A stretch of DNA of 48,207 nt. Source: an uncultured Bifidobacteriaceae bacterium. GTDB lineage: Bacteria > Acidobacteriota > Vicinamibacteria > Vicinamibacterales > UBA2999. A model generated the notes under the pieces. It did no database searches and was not told where the DNA came from. It worked only from the letters and a program-made list of their open reading frames with translations. Position 1 is the stretch's first letter, and each line of letters opens with the position of its first letter. The stretch lies in contig CAYNUO010000006.1 of assembly GCA_964400405.1 (NCBI GenBank), positions 17,602-65,808 of the forward strand, read 5' to 3'. Shown here one piece after another: positions 1-10,537 of the stretch. A program made the position numbers and the translations under genes.

Positions 1-514
1 GGGCAGCCGACGCGACACGGCCGTTCTTGTCGACCAGTTCGATCACGTACTTTCCGGGTGGGAGATTCTTGAACACGAAACGGCCGCTCTCGTCGGCCCG
101 GACGCGGCCTTCGACGGCGCCGGTTTCCTGGTTGCGCAGCACGAGATTCGCGTAGGGGACCGCTTCATTCATGGTCGTGCGCGCACGGCCGATGATCTCA
201 AGACCTTCGATCTCCTCTTCGGCCTTCGACCGACGCGTCTCTGCCGTCTCACTGGCGCGTTGCTCAATCGCCGACTGGGACAGCAGATCCTGTGAGCCGA
301 TCGGCCGGTTGGGATCGGTGATCTGAAACGTGCTCCTCGTGGGGTCCTCGTAATCGAACCGGCGATCGTAGGAGGCAGCCTGCGTACGCACTTCAAGCGG
401 ATTGGCACGCCACACCGTGGCCTGCTCCTTGATGGGCTTGAACTTCGGCCAGCTGGCCAGCGCAATCAGCGCCAGCACGCAGACGACCTGAATGCGGAAG
501 TTCTTCTCACGCAT
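1..514 (-). CDS. Secreted or membrane-anchored protein with carboxypeptidase-regulatory-like (Cna-B/SdrD-B-type) domain; partial, runs off the window edge
   Basis: Manual translation from ATG at 514, preceded by GGGAG: MREKNFRIQVVCVLALIALASW...IIGRARTTMNEAVPYANLVLRNQETGAVEGRVRADESGRFVFKNLPPGKYVIELVD. Open to position 1; absent from the ORF track because it has no stop. Confidence 0.75.
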   Translation of the reverse strand, partial: MREKNFRIQVVCVLALIALASWPKFKPIKEQATVWRANPLEVRTQAASYDRRFDYEDPTRSTFQITDPNRPIGSQDLLSQSAIEQRASETAETRRSKAEEEIEGLEIIGRARTTMNEAVPYANLVLRNQETGAVEGRVRADESGRFVFKNLPPGKYVIELVDKNGRVASAA

Positions 515-816
515 CTTCCACTCCCGTTCACTCGATCACGGAATCGCACGCAACGTTATCAGCCCGCACGTATGCAGGACGAGAGTCCGGTCGCAAAAAC
601 ATCATCCCATAGGACTCTAGTCGACACAACAGTATAAAAAAGTCACCTGACACAGTTTTCTTCACCATCTGCCAAGCTTCCTGTGCAAGTGCGGGGCCGA
701 TCCGAACACCGCCGGGGACGGCCCGTCAACAACACGTATCGGATCCAAGGCAACTGCCGGCCAGACGATGAACTAAGTCATTTTAGATCAACGACTTGAT
801 GGGGGCACTCCCGTCT

Positions 817-2184
817 TCACCCGACCCGGCCCGGTTCCGCGACCGCCACCGTTTCCACGTCGGCCGTGTGGGGAAACATGTCGATCGGCTGGGCGACCGA
901 GACCTGGTAACCCCCTCTCTCGACCCGGGCGAGATCCTGCGCGAGGCTCTCCGGGTCACAGGAAACATAGATGAGCAGCGCCGGCCGAAGGCGCCGGATG
1001 ATGTCGTCGAGCACTGCCGCCGAGGCGCCGGAACGCGGGGGGTCGAGAATCACGACGCGGGCGGACGTGGGCGGCACGCGACGCAGCGCCACCTCGACCG
1101 GGGCGGCGATGAACTGACAGCGGCTGGCCGGGATGCCGTTCGCCTGACGACTGGCGACGGCATCCGCCACCGCCCCGCGGTTGGTCTCGATGCCCACCAC
1201 AGACTGTCCCCGGCGCGCGAGCGGGAGGGCGAACAACCCGCCACCGCAATACAGGTCGAGAACCGGCAGGTCCGGCGGTACGCGCGCGAGCACGTCGCGA
1301 ACGAGCAGGGTGGCTGCCGCCCCACTCGTCTGGAAGAACGCGGACGGCGACATCAGATACGTCGTGCCGTCGATCGTCTCGGACAGCCGGGCGTCTCCGG
1401 ACACGAGCCGCGTCTCGTCGCCGAGGATCAGCGACCCACGGCCCGGATGCACGCTGACGCTGACGGAGACAACGGCGGGGTCAGTCAGCAGCGTACGCTT
1501 CGTGAGCGCGCGGAGCAGTCGACTCGGCGGACCATCCGAGATCAGCGTCACCATGACGCGTCCGGTCGCGTGGCTCACGCGGGCCAGCAGCCCGCGGAGC
1601 CGCAGGTCCGGCCCGGCGGATGCGGCGGCCGCCGCCACACGGAACGCGACGGCGTTTCCCGGCGCGGCGTGCACGGGGCACTCGGTGATGGACAGCAGGT
1701 CCCGCGTGCCGCGTGCGTAGTGACCCATCGTGTGGCCGCGCCGGCGCGCGCCGGGTCTGAAGGCGAAGTGCACCTTCTGCCGGAATCCCCAGGGCTGCAC
1801 GGGATCGACGCCGAGCGTCGGCCGCACGTCGGGCACGGTACGGAGCGTGCGCTGCAGGGCGTCCCGCACGATCGTGCGTTTCAGCCCGAGCTGCCGCGGG
1901 TAGGCGATGTGCTGCCAGGTGCAGCCGCCGCACGGAGCCGCGGCCCCCGGTCCGAAGTGACGGCAGCGCGGCTCTACGCGGTCGGGCGATGGAGAGAGGA
2001 CGTCGAGGAGACGCCCGGAGACGTCGGCGTCGAACGCCTGGCCCAGCCGCGCGCGCACCCGCTCACCAGGGATCGTGAAAGGTACGGCCACGCGCATGCG
2101 GCCGATCCGTCCTTCGCCGTCGCCGTCCGGGCGGACGGCGACGATGTCGATGTCGACCGCGTCGACGGTGCGGCGCACCGGCAC
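817..2184 (-). CDS. rlmD: 23S rRNA (uracil-C5)-methyltransferase, RlmD/TrmA family
   Basis: TRAM-like N-terminus (IPGERV), 4Fe-4S cysteines (C-RHFG...CGGC...CPV), AFFQ, LDLYCGGG, ILDPPRSG, YVSCDP, DMFPHT. Start moved to GTG 2184 to avoid overlapping the FKBP gene. Confidence 0.88.
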   Translation of the reverse strand: MPVRRTVDAVDIDIVAVRPDGDGEGRIGRMRVAVPFTIPGERVRARLGQAFDADVSGRLLDVLSPSPDRVEPRCRHFGPGAAAPCGGCTWQHIAYPRQLGLKRTIVRDALQRTLRTVPDVRPTLGVDPVQPWGFRQKVHFAFRPGARRRGHTMGHYARGTRDLLSITECPVHAAPGNAVAFRVAAAAASAGPDLRLRGLLARVSHATGRVMVTLISDGPPSRLLRALTKRTLLTDPAVVSVSVSVHPGRGSLILGDETRLVSGDARLSETIDGTTYLMSPSAFFQTSGAAATLLVRDVLARVPPDLPVLDLYCGGGLFALPLARRGQSVVGIETNRGAVADAVASRQANGIPASRCQFIAAPVEVALRRVPPTSARVVILDPPRSGASAAVLDDIIRRLRPALLIYVSCDPESLAQDLARVERGGYQVSVAQPIDMFPHTADVETVAVAEPGRVG

Positions 2185-2219
2185 GGGGCTCTGCTTCAGG
2201 AGACGCGGTCTGGCGGGCG

Positions 2220-2669
2220 TCAGCGGACGCCGAGCAGCTCGACGTCGAAGATCAGCGTGGCGTTCGGCGGAATGACGCCGCCCGCGCCGCGCGCACCGTA
2301 GCCCATGCTGGCCGGAATGGTGAGCGTCCGCGTGCCGCCGACCTTCATGCCGGCCACGCCCTCGTCCCATCCCTGAATGACATGTCCCGCACCGAGCGGG
2401 AACGCAAAGGGCTCGTTCCGATCGCGGGAGCTGTCGAACTTCACGCCGTGATGGTCCGGCGCCGCTTCGTCATAGAGCCAGCCCGTGTAGTGGACGGTGA
2501 CTTCCTGTCCTTTGACGGCTTCCGCGCCCGTGCCCTGCCGCGTATCGACACGCTTCAATTCGGTCATTTCTGCCTCGCATCCGCTGCTGGCCATCAACGC
2601 GCATGCGAGCGCGAGGCCGCTGAACCAGGTGTTATTCCTCGCCGATCGCACGGCGCATGGCCTCGTCAT
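2220..2669 (-). CDS. FKBP-type peptidyl-prolyl cis-trans isomerase, possibly a lipoprotein
   Basis: [47 protein letters not shown]. Hydrophobic leader ends in SSGC. Start uncertain. Confidence 0.92.
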   Translation of the reverse strand: MTRPCAVRSARNNTWFSGLALACALMASSGCEAEMTELKRVDTRQGTGAEAVKGQEVTVHYTGWLYDEAAPDHHGVKFDSSRDRNEPFAFPLGAGHVIQGWDEGVAGMKVGGTRTLTIPASMGYGARGAGGVIPPNATLIFDVELLGVR

Positions 2670-4563
2670 TGACCACGATGGCCATCTTCTGCTTCGCCTT
2701 GTTCAGATATGCGGTGAAGAACTGGCCGCGGCGCTCGTTCTCGTACTCGCGCCGGAACGCGGCCCTGGCGCCGCTGAAATCCGCCGGCGTCACGTCCTGC
2801 CGTTCCGAGACCCGCACGACGACCGACCCGAGCGGCGTGGCGAGCGGGTCGCTCATGCCGCCGGCCGGCAGCGCGAACGCCGCCTTCTCGACCTCCGGCA
2901 CGACGCCGACTTCCGGAATCGCGTTGCCGCGGGCGATGAACTCCGTGTCCTTGACCTCCACGCCTTCCTTCTTCGCGGCGGCGGCGAAGTCCTTCGCGCC
3001 CTTCAGCTTCGCGGCGAGCTCGGCGGCGCGCTTGACGGCCATCTCGGCTGCACGCTCCGTCACGAGGTCGTCCTTCACGCGGGCCTTGACCTCATCGAGC
3101 GTCGGGAGGCGGGGGTCGGCCTTGCCGGAAACGGTGAAGATCACCGGGCCCCGCGGCGTGCCGACGACGGCGCTGATCTCACCGTCCTTCAGACGGAAGG
3201 CCTCCTGGACGGCCTGCGGCGCCGGACCGATGCCGGGGATGGGCTCGTCCTTCGCGAAGAGCCCGGACTCGGTCACCGTGAGACCCGCGGTCTTCGCCAC
3301 GGTATCGAGATCCGCGGGCTTCTTGATCTGGCCTGCGAGGGATTTCGCCTGGTCCGTGACGGCCTGCTGTGATCGCTCGAACTTGAGCTGTTCGGTGAGT
3401 TCGAGCCGGACGTCCGCGAGGGTGCGCGTGGCGCCCGGCTTCTTGTCCGTCAGCTTGATGATGTGGAAGCCATACGGCGTCTTGACCAGGTCGCTGATCT
3501 GCCCGCTCTGCATCTCGAACGCAACGGCCTCGAACTCCGGGACCATGCGGCCGCGGCCGAAGTAGTCGAGGTCGCCGCCGGTCTCCTTGTTGGCGTCATC
3601 CTCCGAATACTGCTTCGCGAGGGCGGCGAAGTCACCGCCGGCCTTGACCTTCTGCAGCACCTCTTCCGCCTGCTTGCGGACCGCGGCTTCGTCCTTCCCC
3701 TCGGTCCTGAAGAGGATGTGGCTGGCGCGGATCTGCTCGGGCGTGGAGTACTGCGCGAGGTTGTCGTTGTAGAGCTTGACGATGTCCGCCTCGGGCACGA
3801 CGGTGCGCTGACGCGCCTGCGCGAAGTCGACCAGCAGGAAGCGGACCTTGCGCTTCTCGCCGATGCGGTAGTCCTCCTTCTTCGCCTCGAAGCGCGCGGC
3901 GACGTCGGCGTCGGTCACGGTGACCTTGTCGCGGAACGACTGCGACGGAACCGGGAGCACCTGCAGCTTCACCTTTTCGTTGCGGCGCCGGTACTCGCGC
4001 TCCAGCTCGGCATCGGGCACCGTGAGCCATCCCGCGACGGCTGTGCGCAGGCGGTCGATCATCATGCCGTTGCGCAGTTCCCGCTCGTAGTCGGCGGGCG
4101 TCATCGGCGGACGCTGCGAACGGAGCACCTGCGCGTACCGGTTCTGGCCGATGAATACGCCGTTTTCCTGGAACCCGGGGATGGCGAGGATCTGGTGCGC
4201 GACCTCCTCGTCACTGATGGTGATGCCCTGGCGCTCCGCTTCGGCGACCGCGGCCTTCTCGTCGACGAGGCCCTGGAGGATCTGCCGATCGATGCCGAGC
4301 TGCTGAAGCATGCGGTCGTTCAGCTGGTCACCATAGGCGCCCTGGTACGCCTGGAGCTGGATCTGATACCGGCGGCGGAACTCGCCGGCCGTGACCTCGT
4401 GCCCTTCGACGCTGGCGACCACCTCGTTCAGGGTCGTCGGCACCGCGCCGGTCGTGCCGGCGAGGAAATCGGGAATGTAGAAGAGAACGAACGTCAGCAC
4501 GACGAGCGCCAGGCTCCACTTGAGCCAGTTCTTGTGCCGCCGCATCCGGTCGAGCATGGTCAT
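2632..4563 (-). CDS. ppiD: PpiD-like periplasmic chaperone (SurA N-domain + parvulin PPIase)
   Basis: MLDRMR followed by an N-terminal TM helix; parvulin motifs [40 protein letters not shown]. Confidence 0.88.
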   Translation of the reverse strand: MTMLDRMRRHKNWLKWSLALVVLTFVLFYIPDFLAGTTGAVPTTLNEVVASVEGHEVTAGEFRRRYQIQLQAYQGAYGDQLNDRMLQQLGIDRQILQGLVDEKAAVAEAERQGITISDEEVAHQILAIPGFQENGVFIGQNRYAQVLRSQRPPMTPADYERELRNGMMIDRLRTAVAGWLTVPDAELEREYRRRNEKVKLQVLPVPSQSFRDKVTVTDADVAARFEAKKEDYRIGEKRKVRFLLVDFAQARQRTVVPEADIVKLYNDNLAQYSTPEQIRASHILFRTEGKDEAAVRKQAEEVLQKVKAGGDFAALAKQYSEDDANKETGGDLDYFGRGRMVPEFEAVAFEMQSGQISDLVKTPYGFHIIKLTDKKPGATRTLADVRLELTEQLKFERSQQAVTDQAKSLAGQIKKPADLDTVAKTAGLTVTESGLFAKDEPIPGIGPAPQAVQEAFRLKDGEISAVVGTPRGPVIFTVSGKADPRLPTLDEVKARVKDDLVTERAAEMAVKRAAELAAKLKGAKDFAAAAKKEGVEVKDTEFIARGNAIPEVGVVPEVEKAAFALPAGGMSDPLATPLGSVVVRVSERQDVTPADFSGARAAFRREYENERRGQFFTAYLNKAKQKMAIVVNDEAMRRAIGEE

Positions 4564-4705
4564 GGGTCAAATCCTTCCGAACAAGCTGTCCTCATCACAG
4601 ACGAGGAGAACGGGTGATCGTACGCCAGGCTCTCGACTGCCGCAACCATCCCGGCTGCGGTCCGCGCGCACGCGGATTCGCGCGCCGGGTGGGTCCGAAC
4701 CCCCG

Positions 4706-4714
4706 TGCTATAGT
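4706..4714 (+). promoter_or_regulatory. Candidate extended -10 promoter (TGcTATAGT) for the mre operon
   Basis: TGnTAnnnT match in the divergent ppiD/mreB intergenic region. Confidence 0.35.
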
Positions 4715-4905
4715 CGAACGGCCGGTACCCGGCACCCTGTTTCCCTCCTGAATAACCGGCGGATCGGCCAGACCAGCGAGCCCGCCCGGACCTTCCATGA
4801 CGGCGGCAAGGGCTGCCGAAACGCCTGCGATCGACCGACACGTAGTAGCAGCACGAACCGCCCACCAGGCGGGCCCGGCGGATCTGTCCGGACCTGGCGG
4901 CGTAG

Positions 4906-5958
<1,053 letters not shown>

Positions 5959-5964
5959 ACCCGC

Positions 5965-6807
5965 GTGGCGATTCTGGACCTGCGCCGCCGCAACGGGACC
6001 CTGTTCGGCGTCCTGACGCTGGTGCACATCCTCGCGATCTCGGCGCAGGTGACGACCAGGAGCGGTCTGCCGCTCATCGCGCAGCTCGCGTTCGGGATCT
6101 TTGCCGACGTTCAGCAGGTCGTCGCCGGCATTTCGCGCGGTTTCGACGGCGCCTGGATGCACTACGTCGACCTGCGCCGCGTCAGGGCCGACAACCAGCG
6201 GCTGATCGGTGAGCTGGGCGAACTGCGCGTGCGGCTCCAGCAGCAGGAGGCGCTGGCGTCCCGCGCCGCCGGGCTCCAGGCCGTGCTCCAGCTCCGGGAC
6301 GCGACGTCGTTCCCCACCTCCGCCGCCTCGATCATCGGCGGCAGTTCGAGCCCTGAGTTCCGCACGGTCACCATCGACCGCGGCCGGGACGCGCAGCTGG
6401 ACACCGACATGCCCGTGATAGCGCCGGCCGGGGTCGTCGGCCGGATCATCCGCACGACCGCACGTGCTTCGAAAGTGCAGCTGCTGGTCGACCGCAACGC
6501 CGCAGCGGGTGTGCTGATCGAACGATCCCGCGCGCAGGGGGTCGCCATGGGCCTGGGGGGACCGCTGCTGAGGATGGACTTCGTCGCCGGCTCTGCTGAC
6601 GTCGTTGCCGGGGACCGCGTGCTGACCTCGGGCATCGACGGCATCTATCCCAAGGGGCTGCTCGTGGGTCAGGTGCAGTCGGTCGGGCGGGAGGGCGGGA
6701 CGCTCGGCGACATTACGATTCGCCCCGCCGTTGACTTCAGCCGCATCGAAGACGTCCTCATCATCACCGGCGGCATCGTGCCGCCCGGCGAGGCCGATGC
6801 GCCGTGA
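5965..6807 (+). CDS. mreC: Rod shape-determining protein MreC
   Basis: N-terminal TM, coiled coil, IDRG, GVVGRI, GDRVLTSGIDGIYPKG; synteny. Confidence 0.96.
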   Translation: MAILDLRRRNGTLFGVLTLVHILAISAQVTTRSGLPLIAQLAFGIFADVQQVVAGISRGFDGAWMHYVDLRRVRADNQRLIGELGELRVRLQQQEALASRAAGLQAVLQLRDATSFPTSAASIIGGSSSPEFRTVTIDRGRDAQLDTDMPVIAPAGVVGRIIRTTARASKVQLLVDRNAAAGVLIERSRAQGVAMGLGGPLLRMDFVAGSADVVAGDRVLTSGIDGIYPKGLLVGQVQSVGREGGTLGDITIRPAVDFSRIEDVLIITGGIVPPGEADAP

Positions 6808-7310
6808 AGATCGCCGTTGCGGTTCTCGCCGTGCTGATCTCCCTGGTGCTGCAGACCACCCTCAGCGGGCTGACCGTCGGCGGCACGGTGGCGGTGGACC
6901 TGGTGCTCGTCCTCGTGGTCTATCTGGCTCTGGCCTGGGGCCCGCTCCCGGGGATGCTGGCCGGTTCCCTCGCGGGGGTGCTCCAGGACACGCTCGCCAG
7001 CGGCGTCGTGGGCGTGGGTGGGCTCGCGAAGTCACTGGTCGGGTATCTTGCAGGGGTGGTCGCCCAGCAGTTCATCCTGACGGCCCCCGTGCCGAGGCTC
7101 GTGATCTTCATGGCGGCCACTGTGCTGCACGCGGCGGTTTTCATGGGACTCTACGTGTTGCTGGGACTCCGGACTTTCGGTTCGCCCGTGACGGCCGTGT
7201 CGGTGCAGGCGATCGGCAACGGCCTCGTCGGACTGGCGGTTTTCCTGGTAATCGAACGTGTCCCGGCGCTGATGGAGCGCCGCCGGATGCGCCGGCGGCC
7301 GGCGCGGTAG
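6804..7310 (+). CDS. mreD: Rod shape-determining protein MreD
   Basis: Polytopic membrane protein with GVLQD; GTGA overlap with mreC. Confidence 0.9.
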   Translation: MKIAVAVLAVLISLVLQTTLSGLTVGGTVAVDLVLVLVVYLALAWGPLPGMLAGSLAGVLQDTLASGVVGVGGLAKSLVGYLAGVVAQQFILTAPVPRLVIFMAATVLHAAVFMGLYVLLGLRTFGSPVTAVSVQAIGNGLVGLAVFLVIERVPALMERRRMRRRPAR

Positions 7311-7320
7311 GCACAGAGTT

Positions 7321-9291
7321 ATGACGACAGGACCGGGCGAGACGAAGCAGCGTGTCGCGATGCGGCTGACGGCGGTGCAGATCGCCGTCGCCCTCGTGTT
7401 CGGCGCGCTCGCCGTCGGCTTCTGGTACTTCCAGGTCGTCGAGCACGCGCGGTTCGAGGAGCTGGCCGAGAACAACCATCAGCGCCGGCTCGCGCTCCGT
7501 GCTCCGCGCGGCGTGCTGTACGACCGGCACGGCCGCGTCCTCGTCGAGAACCGGGAGTCGTTCTCGATCTCCATCGTGCGCGAGCATAGCCGCGACCTCG
7601 CGCACACGATGACGCTGCTGGCGCGGGTGCTCGACCTCGACCCCGCGCGGGTGCGCGAGACCGTCGACCGGCACCGGCGCGAGCCCGCGTATCAGCCGAT
7701 CGCCATCGTGGACGACGCGTCGCTCGCGCAGGTGGCCGCCGTGACCGCGCGCCGCCTTGACTTTGAACTGCCCGACGTCGTCGTCGAGCGTGTGCCGGCG
7801 CGCCGGTATCCGACCGAAGCACTGGCCGCTCATCTGTTCGGCTACGTGGGTGAGGCCACCGAGGCGCAGGCTGGTGTGCCGAGCGGCGCCATCGTCGGGC
7901 AGTCCGGCATCGAGAAGACCTACAACCGGGATCTGATGGGGACCGATGGCGCGAAGCTGGTCGTCGTCAACAGCGTCGGCCGCGAGATGCGGACGCTGGA
8001 TGAAGTGCCGCCCGTCGGCGGCAAGCGTCTGCAACTGACGATCGACTTCGACGTGCAGAAGGCCGTCGAGGATGCGTTCAAGGCCAGCGGGTTCAACGGC
8101 GCCGCCGTCCTGCTCGATCCGCGTTCGGGCGAGGTGATCTCGTTCGCGAGCGTGCCCGGCTACGACCCGAACGCGTTCGCCTCCGGCATCGACCGCTCCA
8201 CGTGGTCGGCGCTGAACGGCGACCAGCTCAAGCCGCTGCAGAACCGCGCGATTCAGGGCCGCTACTCTCCGGGGTCCGTCTTCAAGATGGCCGTGGCCCT
8301 GGCCGCGCTCGAAGAGAACGTCGTCACGCCGGACCACACGGTCTACTGCTCGGGCGGCGCGAACTTCTACGGCCGCGTGTTCAAGTGTCACAAGAAGGGC
8401 GGACACGGCGCGGTCGACATGCGCCATGCGATCAAGGAATCGTGTGACGTCTACTTCTATACGGTCGGCAACATGCTCGGCGTCGATCGGATCAACAAGT
8501 GGGCGACCCTGCTCGGCCTCGGCGTCAAGAGCGGCATCGACCTGCCGAATGAGGTGCAGGGCCTCGTGCCGTCCACCGAGTGGAAGCGCGAGAAGCTGAA
8601 GGAGAAGTGGTACGCCGGCGAGACGATCTCGGTCTCCATCGGCCAGGGGCAGGTATCCGTCACGCCGGTGTCGCTGGCGGTCTACATGGCGACGCTGGCC
8701 AACGGCGGCACGCGCGTGACGCCGCACGTCGTCCGCGCCGTTGACGACGGCTCCGGCTGGCGGCAGGTCCCTCCGCCCGCGCCGCAGTCCGCCGTGAAGG
8801 TCGACCCGCTCAAGCTTCAGGCGGTCCGTGACGGCATGTGGATGGTCGTCAATGCCGGAGGTACCGGCCGTCGGGCCCGGCTCGAGGGGAAGGACGTCGC
8901 AGGGAAGACCGGCACCGCGCAGGTGATCTCGAACGAAGGGCGCCTGGCGGCGAGCGGGCGGACCACGCGCGACCTGCACGACCACGGCTGGTTTTCGTTC
9001 TTCGCTCCGAGGGACAATCCCGAGATTGCCGGAGTCGTCTTCGTGGAACACGGCTACCACAGCGCGAATGCCGCCCAGATCGCCCATCACGCCCTCGAGA
9101 CCTTCTTTGCCAAGAGGGACGGCAAGCCGTTGCCGCCCCCGCCGACGACCGAGGACATGAACCTGGATCTGTCCGATCCGATGGACCGGAAGAAACCCGC
9201 GCCCGCTCCCGCCGCCGCGCCCACGCGGCAGGCGGGACGGACTGCACCTGCGCCGGCGCCCGCCGAGTCGGTCTCGGCGCGGGCGAACTGA
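7321..9291 (+). CDS. mrdA: Penicillin-binding protein 2
   Basis: APRGVLYDR, SxxK (GSVFK), SCD, KTG (GKTGTAQ); Pro/Ala-rich C-terminal tail. Confidence 0.97.
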   Translation: MTTGPGETKQRVAMRLTAVQIAVALVFGALAVGFWYFQVVEHARFEELAENNHQRRLALRAPRGVLYDRHGRVLVENRESFSISIVREHSRDLAHTMTLLARVLDLDPARVRETVDRHRREPAYQPIAIVDDASLAQVAAVTARRLDFELPDVVVERVPARRYPTEALAAHLFGYVGEATEAQAGVPSGAIVGQSGIEKTYNRDLMGTDGAKLVVVNSVGREMRTLDEVPPVGGKRLQLTIDFDVQKAVEDAFKASGFNGAAVLLDPRSGEVISFASVPGYDPNAFASGIDRSTWSALNGDQLKPLQNRAIQGRYSPGSVFKMAVALAALEENVVTPDHTVYCSGGANFYGRVFKCHKKGGHGAVDMRHAIKESCDVYFYTVGNMLGVDRINKWATLLGLGVKSGIDLPNEVQGLVPSTEWKREKLKEKWYAGETISVSIGQGQVSVTPVSLAVYMATLANGGTRVTPHVVRAVDDGSGWRQVPPPAPQSAVKVDPLKLQAVRDGMWMVVNAGGTGRRARLEGKDVAGKTGTAQVISNEGRLAASGRTTRDLHDHGWFSFFAPRDNPEIAGVVFVEHGYHSANAAQIAHHALETFFAKRDGKPLPPPPTTEDMNLDLSDPMDRKKPAPAPAAAPTRQAGRTAPAPAPAESVSARAN

Positions 9292-9295
9292 TCCC

Positions 9296-10381
9296 ATGTT
9301 CGAGCGCCGCCTGTACCGTCACATCGACTGGGCCATGGTGAGCGCGCTCGTGCTGCTCTGCCTCATCGGCCTGGCGATGATCTACAGCGCGACCGGCGGG
9401 CCGACGCGCGTGTACACGACGCAGATCTACGGCATCCTGCTCGGGCTGGTGGCCTTCGGGCTGTGCCTCAGCGTCGACTACCGGTCCCTCGCGGACAAGT
9501 CGCACTGGGTGTACTTCGGCGTGCTCGCGCTGCTCGTCTACGTGCTGCTCTTCGGAGCCGTACGTGGTGGCTCGCGACGCTGGATCGACCTGCAGTTCTT
9601 CAATCTGCAGCCGTCGGAGTTCGCGAAGGCGGCGCTCGCGCTGATGCTCGCCAAGCACTTCGGCGAGGGCCGTCGCGGGCCCGCGATGCGGACCGACCTC
9701 CTGATCGGCGGGGCGATCACGCTCGTGCCGCTGCTCATCATCGCGCGCCAGCCGGATCTCGGCACCGCGGTCACGCTCGTGCCGGTGTTCTTCGCCGTCG
9801 CCTACCTCGCCGGCATGCCGCTGCGGATCTTCGGCATCCTCGCGATCGCCGGCGTGCTCATGGCCCCCGTGGCCTGGAAGTTCGCGCTGCAGGACTATCA
9901 GAAGGAGCGTATTTCGACGTTCCTCAACCCGGAACAGGACGCCAAGGGCGCGGGCTACCAGCAGATCCAGGCCCGCATCACCGTAGGCTCCGGCGGGTTG
10001 TGGGGCAAGGGTTTCACCAAGGGCACGCAGGGGCAGCTGCGGTTCCTGCCCGTGGCACACAATGACTTCATCTTCTCGGTGCTGGCCGAGGAGCACGGGT
10101 TCGCGGGCGTCCTGGTGGCGCTGGGGTTGTATCTGTTCGTCATAGTGCGAGGTATCGAGGCGGCACGGCTGGCGAAGGACCAGCTGGGCGCCTATCTGGT
10201 GCTGGGGGTGCTCGCGGCCTTCAGCTTCCAGGTGATCTACAACATCACGATGTCGGCCGGCCTCGTGCCGGTGAAGGGTTTGACGCTGCCGCTGATGAGC
10301 TACGGCGGATCCTCCATGATTGCCACGCTGGCGGGATTCGGCCTGATTCTCAACGTGCGGATGCGCCGGTTTACCAACTAG
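9296..10381 (+). CDS. rodA: SEDS glycosyltransferase RodA
   Basis: LQPSEFAK, QPDLGTA, GYQQIQA, HNDFIF, LPLMSYGGSS. Confidence 0.97.
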   Translation: MFERRLYRHIDWAMVSALVLLCLIGLAMIYSATGGPTRVYTTQIYGILLGLVAFGLCLSVDYRSLADKSHWVYFGVLALLVYVLLFGAVRGGSRRWIDLQFFNLQPSEFAKAALALMLAKHFGEGRRGPAMRTDLLIGGAITLVPLLIIARQPDLGTAVTLVPVFFAVAYLAGMPLRIFGILAIAGVLMAPVAWKFALQDYQKERISTFLNPEQDAKGAGYQQIQARITVGSGGLWGKGFTKGTQGQLRFLPVAHNDFIFSVLAEEHGFAGVLVALGLYLFVIVRGIEAARLAKDQLGAYLVLGVLAAFSFQVIYNITMSAGLVPVKGLTLPLMSYGGSSMIATLAGFGLILNVRMRRFTN

Positions 10382-10537
10382 CCGCCCGGGATTCCCGGGC
10401 GCATTGACGCAGGTGGCGCCGCGCGCCGCCGGTCGCACGTTCTTCCGCGCATGGCCCGGCCATGACCGCGGCCCGCTCTGACCAGCGGACGGAACGGCGC
10501 CCCGTGCGGACGCGGGTCACCGCTGGAGTGTCGGGCA

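Noticed and set aside
10383-10402. GCCCGGG-ATT-CCCGGGC hairpin between rodA and rng
   Set aside because: Single short GC hairpin, no U-tract and not repeated elsewhere; insufficient for a terminator or REP call.
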